From Lama guanicoe (lineage: Eukaryota): a DNA stretch of 64,000 bases. A model generated the notes under the pieces. That model searched no databases. It worked only from the letters and a program-made list of their open reading frames with translations, and was not told the origin of the DNA. Shown here one piece after another: positions 13,265 to 28,241 of the stretch; the stretch's first letter is position 1, and every line of letters begins with the position of its first letter. The stretch spans positions 6,373,078 to 6,437,077 of the forward strand of contig MU054001.1 in assembly GCA_013239625.1 (NCBI GenBank), read 5' to 3'. Both the position numbers and the translations under genes were made by a program.

Positions 13265-14074
13265 TTATGCATCTTATTTTATTTTAGAGTCTAATAACAG
13301 TTTACTCTGTGGGACAGGATTTCAGGGATTGTATCCCAGTGTACTACTATTTGGAAATGTTTACATGACACTCAATGAAAAAGTGCTTCAGGCCATATTC
13401 TAATTCACTAAGTGTTCAAAATTTTAAATGCTATTTCTTTCTCTAAGGGTCACAAAGTAACCTATGCTCATGTCAATGTGTTTTCATTTCCTTTGCCACA
13501 TATACTGTCATTACTAATGCACCAATTTTAAGAGAACACAGGCCATACCTTTACTTATTAATTGAACATAAAATTTAACCATTTTAGAATTCTAAGTAAT
13601 AAATAAATGATCCAGGAAACTGCAAGGACAAATGAATATTAATTCAACTTCACAAACATTTACTGACATCAATTACATGCCAAGTAGTACTGTGCTAGTC
13701 CCTGGAAGTATGAGATGAACGGGAACAGAGGATGAATAGAATTCCACATGGCTCTATATAAAGGCAATGACTTTCTCCTCTCTTTGAAAGATATAAGTGA
13801 TGGTAGTATCTGGATGGTTATAATCTTGCCTTGTTTCACCTGGCTAAGGAACCACATAGAATCATATTCTCTTCTCTACCTTCAAAATTCTTCTCTTCAT
13901 ACATCAAATCTTATCTCAAAAAAAAAATTCTTCTTTTATAAAGTTCCTTCTGAACCTCAACTAAAATTACTTCCTCTGGACTCCTACATGAGGGTGATTA
14001 TCCTTCAATTATTTCTCCAGTCTTTTGTTTTTATTAGTTGTTTGTATTTCCCACTATCTTATAAGCTTCTAGAA

Positions 14075-14276
14075 GTTACACTATCCAATATGAGATCCAC
14101 TAGCTACATGTGACTAATTAAATTAAATTACAATTATATAAAATTTAGAAATTCAGTCCATCATACTGTTCATATATCAAGTGCTCGATAGCACATGCGA
14201 CCTGTGGCTTCTGTACTGTTCAACACAGTAACATAGAACATTTCTATCATCACGGGAAGTTTACTGGACAGCACTG
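14075..14276. mobile_element. MER3-like hAT-Charlie MITE
   Basis: Degenerate TIRs acactatccaata / tactggacagcactg, flanked by ctaga-type target sites. Confidence 0.8.
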
Positions 14277-17200
14277 TGCTAGAGGGCTAAAACACCTTTG
14301 CACCCCGTAAGAACCCTACACAAATAAATAAGCCCTACCTATGACTGAAGTCAACAAAATGAAAGGCCTGTAAGTAGACAACTAGATGAGGGTAAAGGTA
14401 GGGATGTATGTCTTCTGTCTACGAAGTGGCCAAGTTATCCAGTGCTAACTCAGAGAAGGTACGAATACTACCCTTTCTCAGTATCTAAAACTGCTGGCAA
14501 CAGTCTTACAGACTACACAGACAGGAGTTACTGTGGTCACTCCTCTCCCAGTGCCATGATTATTATCTCAAAGTGCTGCACATTATTCTGGGATTTTAGA
14601 CAAAAATATGGTTAAATTAAAACAGAATACATTTTGCCCACTTGGTAAGGATCTAAATGGATAAGGTTTTATCAGTTTAATAAAGTAAATGCTGCAGTTG
14701 ACAAGGCAGTGTACATCATTTGTCTTCAAGACACACAAGAACCCAGCACGAGAATTTCAACTCATTCAATCACTGTGTCAGGGGAAAAGCAGCTACTAAA
14801 TGATTAAAGATGCTCAGATGGGGTATTATATAACAATGTTTTGAGTCTTAAAGCTATTAAAAGACAAATAATTTTAAATTTCTGAAAAAAAGAATAAGAC
14901 CCAAACTCTGTAAGCTTTGAAAATTAATGGGGGCATACTGTATATGAATTATAGACAATGTATACTCTTGAAAGCAGTCAAAAACAAGTGGACTTTAATT
15001 AGTATTTTATATGACATCTGGCAAGTAAAAATAAAGAATGAGTAAAGTAAAATTTTCTAGATTAAAAAAAATCTAAACTATGTTTTCTTTTCTGGTATTT
15101 TATTTAGATTTTTCCCTCAAAACTTTAATCACTGTGAATAAGCAGCTTATCAATCAGGAAAAGATAACTGAGTATTCTGTCCTCCATTCTTGATTTACAG
15201 ACTCAAAATATGCACTTCAGCGGAAAAAATACTCCTATAGAAGAATCCTGGAAGACTAAATTTTCTCATGAATTACAAACTACTTAGCAGCATTTTAAAC
15301 AAATAAAAATTTTAAGTAGATAATTAGGGACAGCAACATTCACAGCCTATTGTAAAGCAAATCCCTGCTCTCCAAACTGCGAACTATGGATTGGGATCAA
15401 TTCTAAAATGTGAGTACTTCTTGGTAAGGAGTATTAGAAAAAATAGGTATATGAACATTTAGAGGTAAAGAAAAAAAACCCTAATGTTAATAAGATAGAT
15501 ATTAAGACAAATGGCAAGACAATAATAGAAATCAGATTGCTCTACATTCTGCAAATCAAGAACAACTCTCTATTCACTCAAATTCATAAGAAAGTAAAAA
15601 TATTTCCTTTAAGTAGTATTATTAGAAAATATGTCAGGAATCTTGTTTTACAATGAGAAGCAATAAAAGTGGAGAGCCTTAGACCTTCTAAGTCATGATT
15701 TTACTTCAGAAGATGGGCCTTAAGATCAAAGAGCACATGAACACTATAAATTATGCCTTACTTTAGTTTTAAGGAAGCCAAAGGATTAATATATTTCACA
15801 TTTTAAAATATGGTAACAGTCTCTACTGCTATGGAAACATGAAGGAAATGGCGAGCACCAACAAGAGGTGACAGTATGGTGGGAGGCACTGAACTTGGCA
15901 CACAGTGCAAGCTCCCTCAGACAGTAATATCCTCCATCCAATTATAAACAGTTATGAGGATCAAGAAAAATCACAATAATTAAAATGCTTCAAAATTTGC
16001 AAAAGACTACATTTTGTAATATGCAGAAATATCTAATCCTAATGTGATCTACACCTTCTTACAACTCACACTTATTTTAATGGTCTACCATGGTACCTAC
16101 ACAAGGCAAAAAAATGCTAATTCTTTATAATTTAAGGAATTCAAGACAGCTTAAGTTTCATTCAAGCTGTATTCAATTGTGAATACTGGTTAGTAAAGCT
16201 GAATAAATTTAGAAAGGGACATTACAATTAGTTAAGCCACACACAAAAAAATTTATATTACATCACTTCCTTCCTTTTGATAAACAATTCTAATTTAAAT
16301 CTGTTAGCTTGGTTAGCAAACACAAGAAATTCATGGTTCTCCCAATGTTTCCTTGGGAGAAAAGTTAAATTCATAGACATTAGGTGTTCATGAAATGATA
16401 AATGTGAAATAAACAGTAAACTTCTCATACTTTGTAAAAAATAACTTTAACCACAATCACTTCCAAATATTTCTGCATGAGATTAATTCAAGTATGTCAA
16501 TATGACGTTATTACTTTATTTCAAGCATTGAAAAACCTTTAAAATAATGATTTGTAAAGTCAAGTCTCAGTAGACAAATTACAGGCCTGTCACATAACTC
16601 TATTATTAGCTTGTGAATAGATTTACTTTTTTTGTCAACATTTTTGTTATTCTGGTAGCAGAGCATTAGGGAAATTTTTTCTTTTTATTTTGACCTCAGA
16701 TACAAGTCTTAAGAAAAAAATGTGCTATCACAAAAAGTTAATACAATAGTCACATGATAAAAATGTACAATATATTAAGTGATCAAAACTGCTTGCATTA
16801 TTACTAATGTTCATCTCTGCTGATGAATTATCAAACCTGGGAGTAGTCTTGGGGCCCCACGACACTGATGTAAATATACGGACACTTACTATATTAGGAT
16901 CTGAAAGCACAGAGATGTAGGAAAGTAAGGAAATACTACATTATATTTGTATACAGCTTTACAGTTTAACCAGTTTTATTATGTATTATTTCTTTAATTT
17001 CAAAAATCACCATGTAAAGTTTTCTGTTTTCTAAGCCTGTAATTCCTGCCCTCTATATATGTAAATGAATGAAGTATTATATTTTTAAACTAACCTTCAC
17101 TTATGCCAGATTATTAACATACTCAAAAGGAATTTTGATAAAGATTTTCTTAAATAATATAATATTGGTTAGAATTACAGGTATCATGAGGTTCCTGAGA

Positions 17201-17478
17201 AACTGAGTCTTTATCAAGCAAACACCAGGTGCAAAATACAAACAGATTCAAGCCTAAATAACAGTTCTCAATCACTCTCTCTTATGGTGATTCTCCAGTT
17301 TCAGAATTTCAAAACCCTGGGCTGGGGAGGCAGAGCTGTTTAAACCTATCAAGACTGCCCAAGGATGCGGCTTTACCTTTACAAAGTACACTCTTCTTCA
17401 GAAGATGCTATTGCTATACTGATTAAATTAATCCCTCAGAATGATGTGAGGATTTCAGTCCACACTGCAGTGTTTTAC

Positions 17479-17578
17479 CTTATCGGCCTGACGCATATAG
17501 CAGTAGAGAATTCCTCTCATACATTTTATAGCCGAGTGCTCCAGCTCATGGGTCCTTCCCTTGTCATCATCAATGCGC
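17479..17578 (-). CDS. PHKB: PHKB exon 5 ([34 protein letters not shown])
   Basis: 100 nt, cccag| ... |gtaaaa; matches PHKB. Confidence 0.96.
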
Positions 17579-20500
17579 CTGGGTAAGAGAGATAACTCAT
17601 GAAACAAATTGGAAACGCATTTGAAAAGGAAGCAGAGCTTTTGATAATTAAGTATTTAACTATCTGGCTAATCCCATGTTCGGGTGACATCTACTAATTC
17701 TGTAACAGTGAAACTCCATTTTCCCAGCAGATGTAGAAATGCTGCCAAAAAAAAAAAAAATCAATCCAATGATGAAACTTGTGCAAATTTCTCATTCTTT
17801 TAAGGAAGTAAGCCAATTGCTTTAAAAATAGTATATAATATTTTCAAGTGACTTGGCTAAAACTTTAAACAATATTTCTATATTGCAAGAATCTGAAAGA
17901 TTTTTAAAATTCATTGTTGCAGAGTACAGGCAATTTTAAATATCAATCACTTTAGGTTATGAATTGGCCACTTGGATTCAAGGAAGTGCAGATTAAGGTA
18001 GGCACATGTCTTCTTTGCCATCTGTTTAATAATGCCAGGGTGGGCACTTCAGTCAGGGATGCCTTCAAGTAAACACACATCCAGTATCATACATGATGCA
18101 CTGGGGCATAAAATTTTATGTTCTCAGGCCTTAGTTTAAAATCAATTGACCACAGTTCACATCTCCTGATTAAAAAAAAAAAACAGCTAAAATCTAACTA
18201 TTAAACTAGGTTAAGATGTTCTTCTGGCCTTAAGTTCCTTTTATCTTATTGATCAGCGGCATTCAAAAGATGAATGACAGTTAACCACTACTGAAAAAAA
18301 AAGTAGTTTATTCATTGTTTCACTATATCTCAACTAAAATATCTGGCCATCATTCTCACTTGATAAAAAGCATCACCTGTCTCCTTAAAAAGTATACTAT
18401 AATACTGCCTCTTTCAATTACAGATCTCACAGACCACTACTGGAAAGAATGAGGATTATTTTAATATAGTACAGTGAATGTCAGTAAAAAGTAAGTTATA
18501 TGTCATTAGAACATCATTCTTCCTTTCATATTCAGGCCCTGAAGTAAAACTAGCATGATTCTGCTCTGTGATTTATTTTTCCCCCTGATATCAGAGCCAA
18601 GTGCTAACAGAGGAAAATTATGGTGTGAGTAACAGTGGATGAGGCACTGATACACAAAGGAAACAGCACAACTGGAGTATAATGATCTCAAAGAAATGTT
18701 CTGTGTATAATTCCCACATCATCTAAGAACAAAAAAAAATTCAGAAAAAAATCAAAATCAGGTTTTTCTAAAATTGTCTTTAAAATAATTCTCTTCCTCT
18801 AATTTCCACAGGCATTAAACTAAGACTGAAATATTCCAGAATAATTCAGCCATTATAAAGAATCTTCCTATTTTAATGAGGTTCTCCTGTTTCTCCTTTC
18901 TCCTGCAAATAATAGTAGTAACCAGAAGAATATTTCTCTTCTGACTGAGAAAATGAAAGAGCAGCTGCATTGGAGTAAAAACATTTAGGATATATCTATT
19001 ATCTTTCCTAAGATTTAAAGAGAACCTGGTGACCCAAAATAATCCCTCTATTTTCTACCAGGAATTGACAATATTCTACTCTCTCAGGAGCTCTATGGAT
19101 GCACGTTCAGGTTCTAATATGATCTCAATAATACTTTTAATTTAAAAAAAAATAAATGAAATAACTTTAAAATTCACTCTAGTCAATTTGTTGATCACAA
19201 GCTATGTAGAGGGGTTGATCAGATTCTACAATATGAAGTCCTAATTTTATATCTAAACCAGAATTCCATATATGTAAATACATAACTAGTGAAGAAACTA
19301 AATACTTGAATTTTATCACTGGTGCATTATTTTCCCCATAGCCAGTCCTGAAGGAAAATAAAATCAGAATACTGTTCGGCTGTATGACTTGACTGTTTAC
19401 CAGCACTAAGCTAGGGCCACCTGTTACATTCAACTCCTAAAATAGTGATAAATTTGACACTGGGAGGGGACAGGCTAATTTCTTGCAGGAAGATATTCTC
19501 TCTCTCCCTTAGAACTGCAAGGTATCTTGCCAATGTCTGTCTTGAGTTTTTACTTTTCTAATATATGCACATTTAAACAAGTTAATACTCTTTCAAGTTC
19601 ATACTCTTTTAAAAAAATGGCTTACTCTTCTTAAATATAAAATCTAAATTCCACATTTAAACCCTAAATTGAAGTTATATTTTTTCTATAAGTTATATTA
19701 GAAAACAAAAAATGCAAAAATCCTACATGATACTTTTTAGCATGGCATAAGTATAGGCTTAACTTTCTTTTAACAAATTTTGTATAATTGACTAGATTCA
19801 GAAACAGTTCTAACCTAAACCATGTAAATCAAAATAATTTAATTATTTACAAAATAAAATTATATAATTATAATAATATAATAACATATAATCATTTAAT
19901 TATATTAATTATAATAAGTATATAATTAGAGATGATGTAATATAATCATAATTTTAAATGATGGTATATTCAGAACTACAACTTGATATATAAATTACAT
20001 TTTAAAAAGTCAAACATACTAGTAAACATTTCTTCCCTCCTCTAAAATAGAACAGAATTATAAAATGGAACTGTAACATTACTTTTAAGAAAAACAAACA
20101 ATATCATTGTCTTTAATGATAACATATTGACTATTTCTAATTAATTAAACAGTACCAAATTATACTCCTAATGTATATGAAATATAAATGTGCATAAATA
20201 ATCTTTTTAAATCCTCAGTACACGTGCATGTGCGCACACACACACACAAATTCAAACAGATGTGAGGTTTCATGAGATTGTTGACAAGACTGAAAACTAT
20301 ACAATTAGAAAAATCAAATTAGTCACATTTTTAAAAATTAGTAACTTTATATTATGCATTTATCACCAATAAGAGATAAATATAAATTTCATCAAGAGAA
20401 AACAGTGACAGCTTAGTTATTGAGGAATTCTTCTTAATGTAACCTATGTGATTTCACTGGCATTTACAAGAAGAACTAGAAACAAAATTCTATTACTTTT

Positions 20501-20779
20501 ACAATAGGGGATTCTTTAAACAAATCATCACAGCTTAATATTGTAAATATAAAAAGGGCTTCATAATAATTCTGTGATAAGTACCCTTACATTTTTCCAA
20601 ATGGAAGACATTTCCCTTCCAAGTAAGACAAAAAACCTGCTACTCTAACTACATAAGTATATAAATTACCCAGGGAGTTAGTACACAGTTAGTGTGCCCA
20701 GCAAAGAAAGGACTTTAAATTCTCTATTAGATGTTTGAAGACTTCTGGGAAAAGGCCTGTACTCTTGCTTTTTTAAGCA

Positions 20780-21380
20780 ATTTTCCTCTAACATTTTATT
20801 TAGAAAAATTTCAAATCTATAGAAAACCTGAAAGGATGCTACAATGAATAAACCTTTCACTATTCACCAGTTGCTAAAATTGGCTTACATTCTATAATTT
20901 ATTTTCTTCATTATTTGAAAGTAATCTAATAATAATCACTACTCCTACACAATTCAGAAGTATCTCCTAAAAACAAGGATATTCTCCTACATAACCATAA
21001 TATCATCATCACACCCAAGAAATTGATACCATACTGTTTAAAATATAGTCTATATCAAATTTATCTAATTATCTCAAAATATACCTCACTGTGTTCTTTA
21101 AATGCATGATCCAATCAAGAACATGCAATCCACCTGGTTGTCGTATTTCTTTGGTCTTTCTTAATCTAGCTATCTTCACATCTATTTTCTAATCTTCTAC
21201 AATTACTATACTTTTTAAGAGCCCAGGCAAGTTGTCTTATAAGTAGCCACAATCTGGCCTAGTCTGATTGTTTATTCACAGGTAGATCAATTTACACATT
21301 TTTGGCAAGAAGTCGACATTAAGTGATGTGTCACATCTGTAAGTCTGTCCCATTGCTGGCTTGGCCATGAGGTTAAAGTG
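20780..21380 (-). mobile_element. Old L1 (L1MC-like) 3' region
   Basis: ttttatttagaaaaatttcaaatctatagaaaa...aacaaggatattctcctacataacca; boundaries approximate. Confidence 0.7.
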
Positions 21381-21952
21381 CTACTGGTGCTCCCTGTACT
21401 TCTAAGACTAGTAGTTGTTTGATATTTAATGAAGCTACACTGTGCTTACACAGATTATGTTAAAAAATACTGGTAGTGACATTAGCAAAGAAGGGCTGAA
21501 GGTGACTACCTGTATATTATCTCACTATTCGATTTTCTTTTACAAATGCAGCTCATCAATGATTAAAGACAGAGGAATCATGTTCACGTGAAAGAGAATT
21601 TTCAAATCAGAAGTACATGCATGTGTCACCTTGAGAAAATTAATATTCAGAAACCTAATCTTAATAATGGTTAAAATGAATGACTATTGAGTATGTGTCA
21701 GGACCCAGAGTGAATGCTTTCTATATATAATAAAATGAATGAAGTAAGGAGAACTTTTGTAGTATGAAAAAAATTTTTTTTTACTTTATGAAGGAATTAT
21801 TTGACTTAAGATTTAGATTGAATAAGCTATACTCCAATGAAGTTCAGTGGGAAAAACCCTAAACTGGGGGGTGGGAGAGTACTAGCCCTGACTCTATTAA
21901 AAAACCCCATTACTTAGACTCAGAGTTACCAGTAGAGGACATACAAGCTTAC

Positions 21953-22091
21953 CTGTATGCAAGAGCCAAAGCCCAGGCCCCAGCAGCACAGTACAGACTG
22001 TCATGGACCTTGGCCTTCTGATCATCACCGCATGTTTTAGTAGGAAAGAGACCCGTGGTGGGACTTTGATACAGTAGTAATGTTGACTTAA
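21953..22091 (-). CDS. PHKB: PHKB exon 4 ([47 protein letters not shown])
   Basis: 139 nt, ttgcag| ... |gtaagc; matches PHKB. Confidence 0.96.
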
Positions 22092-22724
22092 CTGCAATCA
22101 AAGACAAGAAGAAGAGTGAACTGTATAGCCAGCCATTTTCCTTAAATTGAAGGTCTTAATCTTTGGTTTCCTCCTCCTGTTTCCGACAATTTTGTTGTTT
22201 CTCAACTTAACTGAAGTATAAAACTTCTGAAGATTTAGAAACAACTCTATGTAAGTTCAGCTTAGGTAGGGACCCACCCTGCATAAAGGGGTCTTTCTAC
22301 TTTTGAGGAAAGGACTCAACTAATTAGCACATAAAAAGCCTTTAGCACATCTTGGTTGACATCAGTAAGTGTTATAAGGTAACATCAGGTGCAAAAAAAA
22401 AGATTAACCAAAAAACTAAGCATATTTTCAAAAAATCAGTTCAAAGGGAAAAATAAAGCAAATGTATAACAAAGAGTTGCATAGATTTGCTAAATTCAAA
22501 GCCAAAACAACTGCTAAACAGACCAAAATCCTGTTTTTCACTGATGACTAATTTGTGCCTGGCTTCAGAGCAATGTATTCCTTTTACATATTATATTGGG
22601 CAGGTTAGTGATATGTTTAACATTGCAAAACTGAATTTCATCCTCGTATGACATGAAAACAGCAAGCAAATAATTATTTCATGAGCATTTTACTTAAATA
22701 AAAGGAGTATGAAATTGATATTCT

Positions 22725-22864
22725 ACAGTCGTCCCTCAGTACACACAGGGGATTGCTTCCAGAACCCACCATGCATACCAAAATCCTTGGACACTCAAGA
22801 CCCTCACGTAAGATAGCTAGTACAGTAGAACCTCTTATCTGCAGGTTCCACATCCGCAGACTAT
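22725..22864. mobile_element. TcMar-Tigger MITE (MER2/MER8-like)
   Basis: ta|cagtcgtccctcagta...ggggattgcttccagaaccc...accaaaatcc. Confidence 0.75.
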
Positions 22865-23998
22865 ATCACTTTTTACAAAGGAGTCCTAAAATAGAAAAAT
22901 AAACACACTAAAATTACATTTCCTAAAAGCTATTTTACGGATATAAATGGATGAGTAATGTTTTTCCTCAAAATACATTAAATTACTCTAATCTAGACTG
23001 GCATATATTGATACTTTTAGGATAGTTTTTCAAAGTATTCTGGTCCTTCACAGAGATTAAAGAATTAAATTTATTTTTCTTTTTCTCAAACTAAACTGAC
23101 GTTATCATTTCTTTCAGAATACCAGGGTATTTATTATTTTTCCCAGAGTAAAGAACTGGTCCTCATAGTGCAAAGTAAACAACTGACATTTCTTTAAAAA
23201 GGTAGTTAAATCTCTTTAGCAAGTTATGGTTACAAAAATAATAAATGGCCAAGCTAAGAATGTATACCAAAATCTTAACCAAAATAAGTTGAATTAACAC
23301 TTTACATGAGGTTGACACAAACAAAAAAAATCATCCTCCTAAGGGAGACAAATAAATCAAATTTTATATCTGAAATACTAGGCCATGTAAATGGCATAGG
23401 AAGTAAACTGACAAAAAATTAATAGGCATCCAACTGATGGTCTGATGAACAAAGAGGAGCTCCCTACATACGAATCTCAAAGTTCCTTACTCACATTAAA
23501 TAACAAAATTTGCCAGGTTGATCCTGGTAAAAACAAAACAGCAACAAAAAAACAGTGACCTGACCTTAATAACAGTAACCTGAGATACTTGTTGTATCTC
23601 AGTGAATTAGAAATGGATATAAAAGGTTCAGGACTACCCAGGAACCATTTATTGGTAAATGAGCAAGAAATACTTCTACAAAATCTTTGTGTAAGAATTA
23701 TTCAAGAAACAGCCTCTAGTTCTCAAATCTGGTCATGTTTAAGAAAGTTAAAAGGACACAGAGCACACTGGTGACAGTTTTAAAATTACTCAAAGGACAG
23801 ACATGACTTGCTGGATTCCTTTTATAGTCCTGGTATCAACATGCAATTGGAATCTAAGCTTAGATAACCATCAAAGTACTGAACTACGCCGATATCCAAA
23901 TAAGAGACCATCATCCAATAACGTATGCTATATAACTAAGGCAGAATAAATACAAATCATAGCTACCTAAGGACATGATTTCCTCAGGTTTTGCTTAC

Positions 23999-24088
23999 CA
24001 ATTCTGTAATAATGATCCAATTTATCCCACAGAGTTTCATTATCAGGTCTCAGAAGATTAATGCTTTTAAGAGGTTCATAAATGGACC
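23999..24088 (-). CDS. PHKB: PHKB exon 3 ([31 protein letters not shown])
   Basis: 90 nt, tttcag| ... |gtaagc, in frame with exons 1/2 and 4; matches PHKB. Confidence 0.96.
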
Positions 24089-27000
24089 CTGAAAGAAAAA
24101 TGAAAACCCATCAAATTCAGTCATTTTCACCCAGATAAACAAAGAAACTTCTGAACCAATGAAGAAGCAGTATTTAGCAATCTCATTTTCATTTTTGTAG
24201 TGAACTGTCATATTTCACTACTGGTCAAATTTTGGGTGGGGAAAGGAGAGAGAAGAAAGCACCCCTGAAGCAAGTATAGAGCACTTCTAAATGTTATAAG
24301 ATACCTCCACCCTCACCCTCAGCAGTCAATCCAACTAACTCATGTAAATACTTGTCCCAACAACTCAAATATCACCAATACTCCTGTGGTACTAGCTCAG
24401 TGATTTCAGTTCCACTTGAATGTATCTACTTACATGCCCTGAAATCCAAACCTTATTCCTTATGCTCATGCTTTATCAGGCAGTTTTCTGTCAAACAATC
24501 ATACCCCCAAAATCTCAGGGAAAAAGATACCACTTCATCTTCCAAAGTCATCCATTCCATGAATATTCACATAGTTTTCATACTGAAACTCTGAAACCTC
24601 CACTTTCTCCTAGGTACATAATACCTGCCTTATTATTGAGACTATAAGCAGAAACCATTTCCACTTCTCAGCCATAGGAAACTACACCAAGGTGTCAGCA
24701 GAGAACACTGCTCAAAAGCTACAGAATACACATTAATCATGATAATTTACAACAAAATGGATACAGGACATTGTTCACTTGACTAGTGTACTTTCTCAAC
24801 TGCTGGCTGAAAGAAAGACACCTGACCCTTCAGCCATCAGACTAAGTACTGTCTTTTTCTTCTTAAAAGCACTCAGAAATCATAAACATCTCAAGGTCAC
24901 AATTAATCCACCCTAGGACTCAGGTAATGTACGTCACATAGTCTAAAAACATAGCACAAGAGTGAGTCTATAATTTACCTGGGGAGCTGGGGTTCACTTT
25001 GGCATGTATTAAGAATCTGTTTTCAAAGAAAATTAAAGCATTTATGCTCAGAAAATTGCTATGTCCAGTATGCTAAAGTCAAGGTATTGGGAACCCCTTT
25101 GTGTTTAGGCAGACAGTAAACGCTATAAAGGAAGTGAGGTAAGGATCTATACATTAAGTCAATAGTCTCATTATCTTCTTTTGGAAAGAGAGAATTTGCG
25201 GATTGAAAACAGAGAATACAAAATGACCTGCTCTTAGTGAAGAGATTTTTCTTAAAAAAGTCTTCACAATGACACCAACCAGAATGGCCCCATAGTGAAG
25301 AATGGAGGAAACCTATCAACATAGACGGGGAAGCACTGGGCCTCCTGCAGAGGAGGTAAGGGCCAGACATGCCCTCTGTCTCCCTGCATTCAATTTGCTC
25401 TGGGTAGATTTAAGGATATGGGCAGCCTGGCAGTTGAGAGGGAATTAACACTGCTTGCGTGTCAGGTGCTAAGCTCACATGCTTTCAGTGAAATTCATCC
25501 ATAATTAATAAAATAAAATCAGGTACAAATCATCATGTTTTAAATTGTGCATACATATATATCAGAGATTAAAGGGGATGCCTTTGCCTGGGGTGAAATG
25601 ATTGTGGATGAATAACATTTCTCTTTTTATTTAGAGCACTATTCCTAAAGCTAATATTTTGCTTTATATAAGAAAAATAAAATCAACCAAAAGTTGCATA
25701 TATACTTTCACTACAATTAGGTAAAATAACACATGTGCATATGTATGAAGATTGAAATAGACTATGCAAAACTGAAATCCATCTACATTATAATGGTCAG
25801 TGAATTTATTTTGAAAGATTATTTTTAATGACATTGTATCATGGTTTTTAGAGTGAAAAAAATACTTGGTTTTAAAAGTGCTATCACATATAAGATGCCC
25901 CTCACCTCCCAAAAAAGACTAAAGTGATTCTACCATCTAATGTTTCTCAAAAACATCATCTATGGAGTTTCTTAGAAGCAACAAAAAATAAACAAAAGGA
26001 AAACCAGACTTTTCAAGAAAATAAATACCCATTCACTAAGAGCTAAAAGACAAAATGTTCAAAGCACAGCAGAAAAGTTTAAAAGTAAAATCACCTAACT
26101 AATTGAGAATCTATAAGAAAACCCATGGTGAATAAAGAACTTGGTCAAATAAACGTTAAAATTTTAGTGATTGCCGTTATACTGCTTCTGCAGTAACAGC
26201 TTAAAATAAAATAAGAATGTTCCATACAATTTATGGTGAACAGTACCACAAATCTGAAGTCAAAGGACAAGTAATCAATGGTAAATTTTAAACAAGAAAT
26301 AGGGAACTGAAAAGCATCAATACAAATAAAAATGTGGAGAAAGCAATCAACAATGGAGCACGAATTGCCAGACAATGAAAAGGATGCAAAATAACAGAAA
26401 ACTGTAACACACGTTTAAAGTTCAAAATGAAATGAATTTTTAAAATATAATTTTTCCTTTATGTTTTCCCATTTGAATTATGCCTATATTCAAACACCAC
26501 AAAGCAAAATGAAACTTATCAGTTATCAAGTTTGTAAAACGAGTTTAAACATATCAACCTAATTTTTTACCTGTCAATTCCCTTTGTGTCAGAAAAATAC
26601 AATCTACATTTTCATTTCAGAACATATTATTGTCAAAGAGATATAGTGACAAAGAACAATACAAGAGAAGATGAAGCAGAAGTTGTTGCTTGAAGAGAAA
26701 TACTACAGCTTTATCAAAAAGGAAGAAACAGGTATTTACTAACAAGGAGATTAAAGAACGAGTTTCCTAAGTCATTTATATGAGACAAAAAAATAATATT
26801 AAGAAAGAATTAGAAACTGCACAAAGGTATAAACTATTTGAATTTTGCACTATAAAACACCCAGAAGGTTTCTGGAATGAGGAGGCTTTTAAGAAATCAC
26901 AAAACAGCAATGGTAGTTTAAATAATAATTGCTGAAAAAGATGATCCAATAGGAAATTCAAGGTAGAAAACTAATCAGAAAACCAAAACAATATCAATAG

Positions 27001-28241
27001 TCTATTATTTGTGCACAGTACCTACCATAATATGATTGAAAGCTCTTTAATACATAAAAATATTATTATTAATCAAGACTCTAATGATTCCTGAAGTAGC
27101 TTTATCATTTTTCCATGTGTGCTGGTAGGCTAAGATAAATATCATTCTTTATTCATTCAGTTAATATATACAGTGGATACATAAGACTCTGGATCATACA
27201 TCTAGCAGGCTACCAAGGCTTACAGATTAGGAAGAATGGTAAGATAAGGTAATAAGATAGATATATAGATATATTTGAATAACATATATTTGAATAACAT
27301 ACTTAAATTATATGTATATATAATATACATGTATATATTTTATATACATATATATATGTATATTTGAATAACAATGTAGAGTGGTGAGTTCCTTAAAAGA
27401 CAAAGGACAGGAAAATTCTATCCCTCTGTGGGGCTCAGAGAACAGAGAACTACTATATTGCAAGCTGTGAAAATAACAGCACTTTAAAATAATGAACTGC
27501 CATCTAAATATGAAGATAACTGGAATCCAGGAGGATGTGACACCATAAACATTTATACACACATACTTAATATAGTTCTTAAAACTTATACACATGACTT
27601 AGGAAACAAGATACTACATATTGAGATTTTTTTTTAAAGTGATATACATAAAAAGGTTTAAATGAAGCAAGTATATCACTAACGGTTAAATTTTATTGAA
27701 ACACTGTCCACATATGCCCTTTCACAGGAAAGAGAATTTTATTATAAGTCTAAATTCTTAGAAAGTCCTATAGGATTCTGATTTTCTCCCTCACTTGAAA
27801 TAACTTTATTTCGGATAAAACAAATACCATTTTATCACCCTAAAAAAGGTATCAATTATATATATATAATTTGCCACATATAGAATCATAACTTACATGC
27901 TATTTTTCTCATGGACAGAAGTCCTTTTTCCCCTTACCTCACATCTTGCCCTATTCTGTCCTCATAACCATACTTTTTCCCATGTTCATGTAATCAAACA
28001 TATACGCACAAATGAGGGAAGAGTCTGTCCTTGCTTGTGTTATAAAAATGGGATCATGACACAGAGCCATCCTTACATCTTGCTCCTCGCATTTAACAAC
28101 GGACAGGGAAATCACTCAAGGCAAGGGCTCTGCCTAATGGATGCTATATATTCCACTACCCTCTATCAGTGGGTATACAATTTGTTTCCTATTTTTGCCA
28201 TCATCAACAATACTGCAAAACATCCTTATATGTAGATATAG

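Noticed and set aside
16819..16908. C/D-box-like UGAUGA...CUGA on the + strand
   Set aside because: Antisense to the host intron, weak terminal stem, no recognisable rRNA or snRNA guide.
19850..19960. Extremely AT-rich tract
   Set aside because: Low-complexity sequence with no periodic structure.
24979..25016. Possible 38-nt stop-containing cryptic exon (aacag|...CAG|gtaaat) on the minus strand; similar candidate at 47349-47374
   Set aside because: Pseudo-exons of this quality are common in long introns; weak pyrimidine tracts and no further support.
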